This document shows positions 29,701 to 35,700 of a DNA stretch of 64,000 nt, in pieces; the first letter of the stretch is position 1, and each line of letters opens with the position of its first letter. Location: positions 64,001 to 128,000 of IMG/VR virus record IMGVR_UViG_3300037483_001116, one strand, 5' to 3'. The notes under the pieces were generated by a model. The model saw only the letters and a list, made by a program, of their open reading frames with translations, was not told the origin of the DNA and did not search any database. The position numbers and the translations under genes are program-made. Source of the stretch: a virus.

Positions 29701-32700
29701 GAGGCTCGGGACCGGCTGGAGGCGGAGCTGACCGTCCGCCAGCGCGGTCAGGTGGACAGCTTGTCCACGCTGCAGGACAAGGAGGACTACTGGACTCGGC
29801 GGGCTAATGGCGAGTCCCACCTCAAGGCCTGGAGCGGACGCACCGGGCGACCCGCGGCCAAGAAAGCCGCCGCACCCGTTGCTGCAGAAACACCAGCAGT
29901 CAAGAAGGCTGCACGGTCGATCAAGAAAACAGCCGCAGAGGTTGCACCTGAGGCGCCGGTCAAGAAGACGGCGGCGAAGAAGGCCGCTAGGAAGGCCATT
30001 CCGGAGAAGCTGCCGACAGGTGCAGCGGCCCTGGTCCGTCTCGGTCAGGAGCAGGGCATCCTCGGTGCTGGTGATTTGAGCCCGGAGGCTTTGCGTTCGG
30101 CGTTGGAGGCGAAGCGTCGGGACCCGAACCTGGTGCCGATCTCAACGGAGCTGATCCCTGACGTCATCAAGTCCGCAGATACGAAGAAGCTGCGGGCCAT
30201 CGCCAAGGTGGGGAACCTCGGCGAGCTGGAAGGCGACACTCCTGACGCGTTACGTGAGGATCTGCTCCGGAAGGCCATCGTCAAGGCGGCGCGGGAACGG
30301 CTGGAAGGCCCCCCTGCGAAGAAGGCTATCCGTAAGGCCACCAAGGCAGCTCCGGCTAAGGCGGCCAAGAAGACGGCAAAGGCCGCACCGGAAGCTCCGA
30401 CTGAAACTGTCCGTAAGGTCCGCGCCGCTGACTCCATGTCCGATGTGGACAAGGTCCTGGCCGACAAGGATCTGCAGCAGCTGCGGGCCATCGCCAAAGC
30501 TGACGACACCCCTGGGGTCACCACTCGGGACAGTCGAGCCTCCATCCGGCAGAAGATTCGTCAGGCAGAGGAGGCTCGACGCAGCCACAAGGTGTTGCAG
30601 CGTCTCGGCCACCGCGGCCTCGATGAGAAGGCCGTTGGTTCCACCTGGAGCCGCAACGTCGTCAAGGACGCCAACAAGGACCTAGCCCGCGGCGAAAGTA
30701 ACGAAGACGTTGCCGCCAGTTTACGCGGCAGGGCGGAAGAGCTTCGCTCTGAAGGCTTGAATGACGGCGACTTCCCGGACCGTGTGCACCGTGACGATGA
30801 CGACCGGCGCGAAGTTGCTGGTACGGAGGCGCGGCGGCTGGAAGAAATGGCCGACAGCCTCGATCCGCCGGAGCGTTCGGTTCGTAGGGGTGGCCCAACG
30901 CCGGAGCCCGCCGCGGCGAAGAAGGCCGCCAAGAAAGTGGCTCCCACCAAGGCCGTGAAGGCGACCAAGGCCGCGCCGATCAAGAAGGTAGCTGCGAAGA
31001 AGGCCGCGGAGCCGGCCGAGAAGTTCCTGCCGGCGCTGGCCGACGGCACCCAGCGGAAGAGCCTGACCAATGTCAAGGTCGGTGACACTGTCCGCGTGGG
31101 CAACAACCTGGGCGACCTTGGTGTCCCCCAGCGCGTGACCAAGGTCGAGCGGGACGGCAACGGCGTCAAGCTCACCCGGGCTGACGGTTCCGTCATCAGC
31201 GGCAACAACAACACAGCCGTATGGCTGGGCGATAAGCTCCGCCCCGGAGAGCGGTCAGGATCCAGGGCCACTAAGGCGGCAGCGAAGGCCGTCCCCGCCA
31301 GGCCGACCATCACCCGGGCGGCGAAGAAGGCGGCGACAGCGCCTGAGGCCGAGGTCCCAGCGACTCCGGCGAAGCGCACCACCCGGCTGGCCAAGAAGGT
31401 GGCACCCGAGGCCCCGAAGTCGGACCTGACGGCACGGCAAAAGAGCGAGGCCTCCAACCTGACGCCGGCCCAGCGGCCGGGCTACGACAAGCTCACCGAC
31501 GAGCAGAAAGACCTGTACTGGCCTTACCGTGGAACCCGGAGCCACGCGGCTGCGGTCCGCGACGCGAAGGCTTACACCCGACTCAGCCAAGGCATCAAAG
31601 ACCTTGATGAGGCCGAGTCCTATGACGCAGCTCGCGCTTCATTGAAGAAGTACAGCGACAACGACCTTGGCGACATGCTTCGTCGGGACCGCGGGCGCCC
31701 ATTGGGTTCACGGTTCCCGTCGGACATGAACCGCGAGGAGCTGGAAACAGCCACCGTCAACACCTACATCGGCGAAAAGGCCCGCAAGCGCCTGACTGCC
31801 GAACGCGAGGGCCGTGAGGGTGCTGTTAATTCTGTTGTTGATGACCTGAACGCTAAGAAGATCGACAAGCGGGAAGCTGTTCGCCAGCTACGGGACCTGG
31901 ACACAGCCGAGTCGCGTGAGCTGGCCGACGGCCTGGAGGAGTCGGGCGACCTGGAGGCGGCCAGCTTCCGTGACCTGAAGTCCGGCGACACGATCATTGA
32001 CACTGACGGCGATTTAAGGAAAATCGCCAGCGTCGACAATGCCACCGTCCTCGATGGCGACGGTAACCGGATCAACCCAAGGTTCCTGGACCGCAGTCGG
32101 GTACTCCGGACCCACCGGGCGCCGGAAGCGCCGACCCCGGCAAAGAAGGTCACGGTCCGGAAGGCAGTTCCGCGGGCTACAACAGTCCAGAAGAACCTGC
32201 TCGACGCGGACGGCCCCGAAGGGCGCCGCCAGGTCATGGACGCGCTACACGACGACCTGTCTGTGGTGCAGTGGCGGAAGCTGGCCAAAGACCTGGGCGC
32301 CGGCACCCAGCGCGGGTCCAAGCAGGATTCCCGTGATGCGATCGAACGGCACATGGCCAGCGGCGAAGGCAGTGTCCCGAAGAAGAACCTCCGGGACCAG
32401 CTCCGTGACGCTGACGTCAATGTGGGTCACCGTGACAGCCAGGAGAGCGTGGAGGACCGTCGGTATATCGAACGGGCCTCGGCGGTGGCTAAAGACGATC
32501 CGGACAAGCTCCGCCGTGAAGCGGACGAGTTCGTCCGGACAGCGGGGGTCCGGCGGGGCCTGGCCAACGACATTGAGGCTGACGGCGACGACAACGCAGA
32601 ACGGGTTCGGCTGCTACGGGAAGGGGCTGACAACTACGACAAGGCCGCGAAGGTGTTCCGGTCCAGGGCCGACACCATCGACAAGGGCCGGGTCGCGGCC

Positions 32701-35700
32701 GGCAAGAAGGTGGCAGCAAAGGCTGCGCCGGAGGCCCCAGCTAAGAAGGCTGTATCGCTGAAGAAGGCGGCAGCGCCAGCCAAGGCTGCGCCCGAAAAGC
32801 CGACCATCAAACGGGCGGCAAAGAAGGCGGCCCCCGAGTCGACGCCCGAAGCTCCGGCGAAGAAGGGCGCATCGGCCAAGGTCGCCGCCAAGGCTGCGCC
32901 AGAACGGCCGACCATCAAGCGGGCCGCGGCCAAGAAGATGGCTGGGACTCCGTCGGCAGAGGATGTGGCCCGGGAACGGGGCATTGACGCAGAGCGGAAG
33001 TACGGCCGGCGGCTGCTGTCGGGCCAGCGGGCCCAGGTCGACGCTATGACCCCGGCCACCCGGACCAAGTACTGGAACCGGGTCGCTGACGGCAAGGACC
33101 ACGCTGACGCTATCGACGATCTTCCGTACAGCCGCCGCACCGGTAATGCCATCACCGGCCCCATCGCCGAGGACAGCCCCCAGATCATCGGCAACGCCCG
33201 GGAGCAGCGGGCCCTCGACGGCATGGAGCGGTATGAGGCTCGGTTGACGCCACGGCAGAAGCTGCAGCTGCGGGACCTGGACGACGAGCAGAAGCTGGAT
33301 TACTGGAACCGGCGCGAGGGCCGGGAAAGTCACACCAACGCGTACAAGAGGGTGGCCAGCGGCGAAGAGTCCACGCCGACGGCGGCCAAGAAGACGACGC
33401 CGTTGAAGAAGGCAGCGCCCGAAAAGAAGGCAACGCCGGCCAAGGCGACCAAGGCTGAACCGGCCAAGAAGGCCCTGACCCGGGAGGAAGCCGACAGGCG
33501 CGAGCTGGAGGCCAGGAAGACCGCTGCAGAGGAACGGGCCGCGGAAGCCAAGGCAGAGGCCAAGGCAGCGCCGCCCGTCAAGAAGGCGGCAGTCCGTCGG
33601 GTCCGGCTGACACCGTCACAGACAGCACTGTTGCGGCGGGTTGAGGCCGACGGCCACCTCGATAATGATGCCGAATTGACCACGCAGGAGAAGCGGGACC
33701 GGAACCGGCTGCGGCTGCACGGCCTGTTGCGGATGGATTCGGTGAAGCGGGGCAACAAGAAGGTTCTGCGGGACTCGGTCACCGACGACGGCCGCGCGGA
33801 GCTGGCGAGGGCTGACGCGCCAACACCGGCCAAGAAGACGGTCGCCAAGGCTGCAAAGGTGGCGCCTGAGGCTCCCGCCAAGAAGACGGCCCCGGCCAAA
33901 AAGGCAGCCCCGGACCTTCCAGCCGCTACGAAGGCAACCCCTTCTACGCCTGTGAAGGCAGCTCCGTCGAAGGTGACCACGCCCAGCACCCCGGCCACCA
34001 CGGCTCGGGACCGGTTGGACAGCCGCCAGAAAGAGGCCCGGATTCGAAAGGCTTCCGGGGCTATCGACTTGGCCGACAATATGCTCAGCGCCGTTGAGGC
34101 GTTCCGCAATGGCGACAACGCGGATGGTTTCCGGCGGGCCGTTGGGCAGGACCTGAAAGGACCGACACCTGGCGACGTGGGCAATCCACGAGACACCCGC
34201 GCCGCTGGCTGGGTTGCGTTGAAGAAGGCCATGGGCCCGGAGTCCGGTTGGGATACGCCGGACAAGCTGGACGCTAAGCTGCGCGATGCGTTGAAGGATA
34301 TGGGTATCCGGGTTGATCACAACCATGGAGACAGGTTGGCCTTCGACCCGGATTCGATGGACACGTTCGACGGCGCCCAGGTCAACCCTGGCGACGAGGT
34401 CACCGTCATCAAGCCTGGCCTCTCGTACCGGGACACGGACGGGTCGCTGCATGTACTGCGGCGGCCGACGGTGACTCGGAGAAGGGGGGGCGACACAGAC
34501 ACGGGCCCTTTAGCACCTGACGGAGGGCCTGCTGACGGCAACCCATTCGGCGATGTCAGCCTTCCAAGACGGTCAGAAATGACTGTGGCCGATGGCGGCG
34601 TTGACCTGCTTCGTGACCTCAAGGGAGAAAAGGCTTTCCGCAACGACTGGGGTATCGACCGAGCGGACCGGCTCATGCGGCGCATGCAGAAGCGTGAGCT
34701 TCAGTCCATGGCAAAATATCTGGACGTCAGACTCGTGCCGGGCCAGCGACAGAACTCCATCCGTCACGACGTAATGAGGGACATTCGTCGCCGATTGGGT
34801 ATGCCTGCGCCGCGAGCCAGGGAACGGGAAGAGCTGGAGCTTCTTTCCACCGACGAGCTGAGGAAGCGTTTGCCGGCCGGGGCAAAGCCGCCATCGGGAG
34901 CCACCAGGCGGGATCTCGTTGAAATTGCTCTCGGCGATGGCCCCGTGGTTGACCATCACGTGGGTCCGTTGCAGCCTGGCGCCCGACGGGTCCGGGAGGC
35001 AGTCCAGGGCGGTACGAAGGACCTCAAGTACTTCTCCAGTGGCTCCATGGGCCAGGTCGCCCACGTCGAAGGCGCCGACGGGAAGGAGGCCATTCGTAAG
35101 CAGATGAGCCGAACTGACGGGGTTTCCGGCAAACAGCAGGCCGACTCGGAGCAGATCCTTTCCGAGTTGGGTGAACGCATCGACGCCCCCCAAGCCCCGG
35201 TCTACCGTCCCGCCGAAGACGTGGTGTACATGGGCTTTCTGCCGGGAAGCTCGGCAAACAAGATGGGCGATGCCCGGGTCCGGGCCGCGGTGGCCACCCC
35301 GCAGGGACGTCGGGTGGCAATTCTGGATGCCATCACTGGCAACTCGGACCGACACCCCGGCAACTTCAAGATCATAGATGGTAAGCCGGTCGGCTTCGAC
35401 AACAGCCTTGCCTTTGATCGGGAGGGGGGCCGAGGTCGGGACTTTGGACCCGACGGAGAAATCCTGCCTGGCGGTACTCATTCCATGGACCCGTTCGAGC
35501 AGCACTACCCGTATCGCACCAAGGAGCTATACCCGAACTCGGACATAGTCAAAGGCGGCCAGTGGCTGGACCAGCATCCGTTCCCCCGCGAGGAGCTGCT
35601 GGACGTCCGCCGGGAGCTGGAGGCGATGAAGCCGCAGTTCGACCGCCTTGGCCGCGAGGCCTGGTATGACCAGGCCCATCAGCGCCTGGAGGCGTTGATC

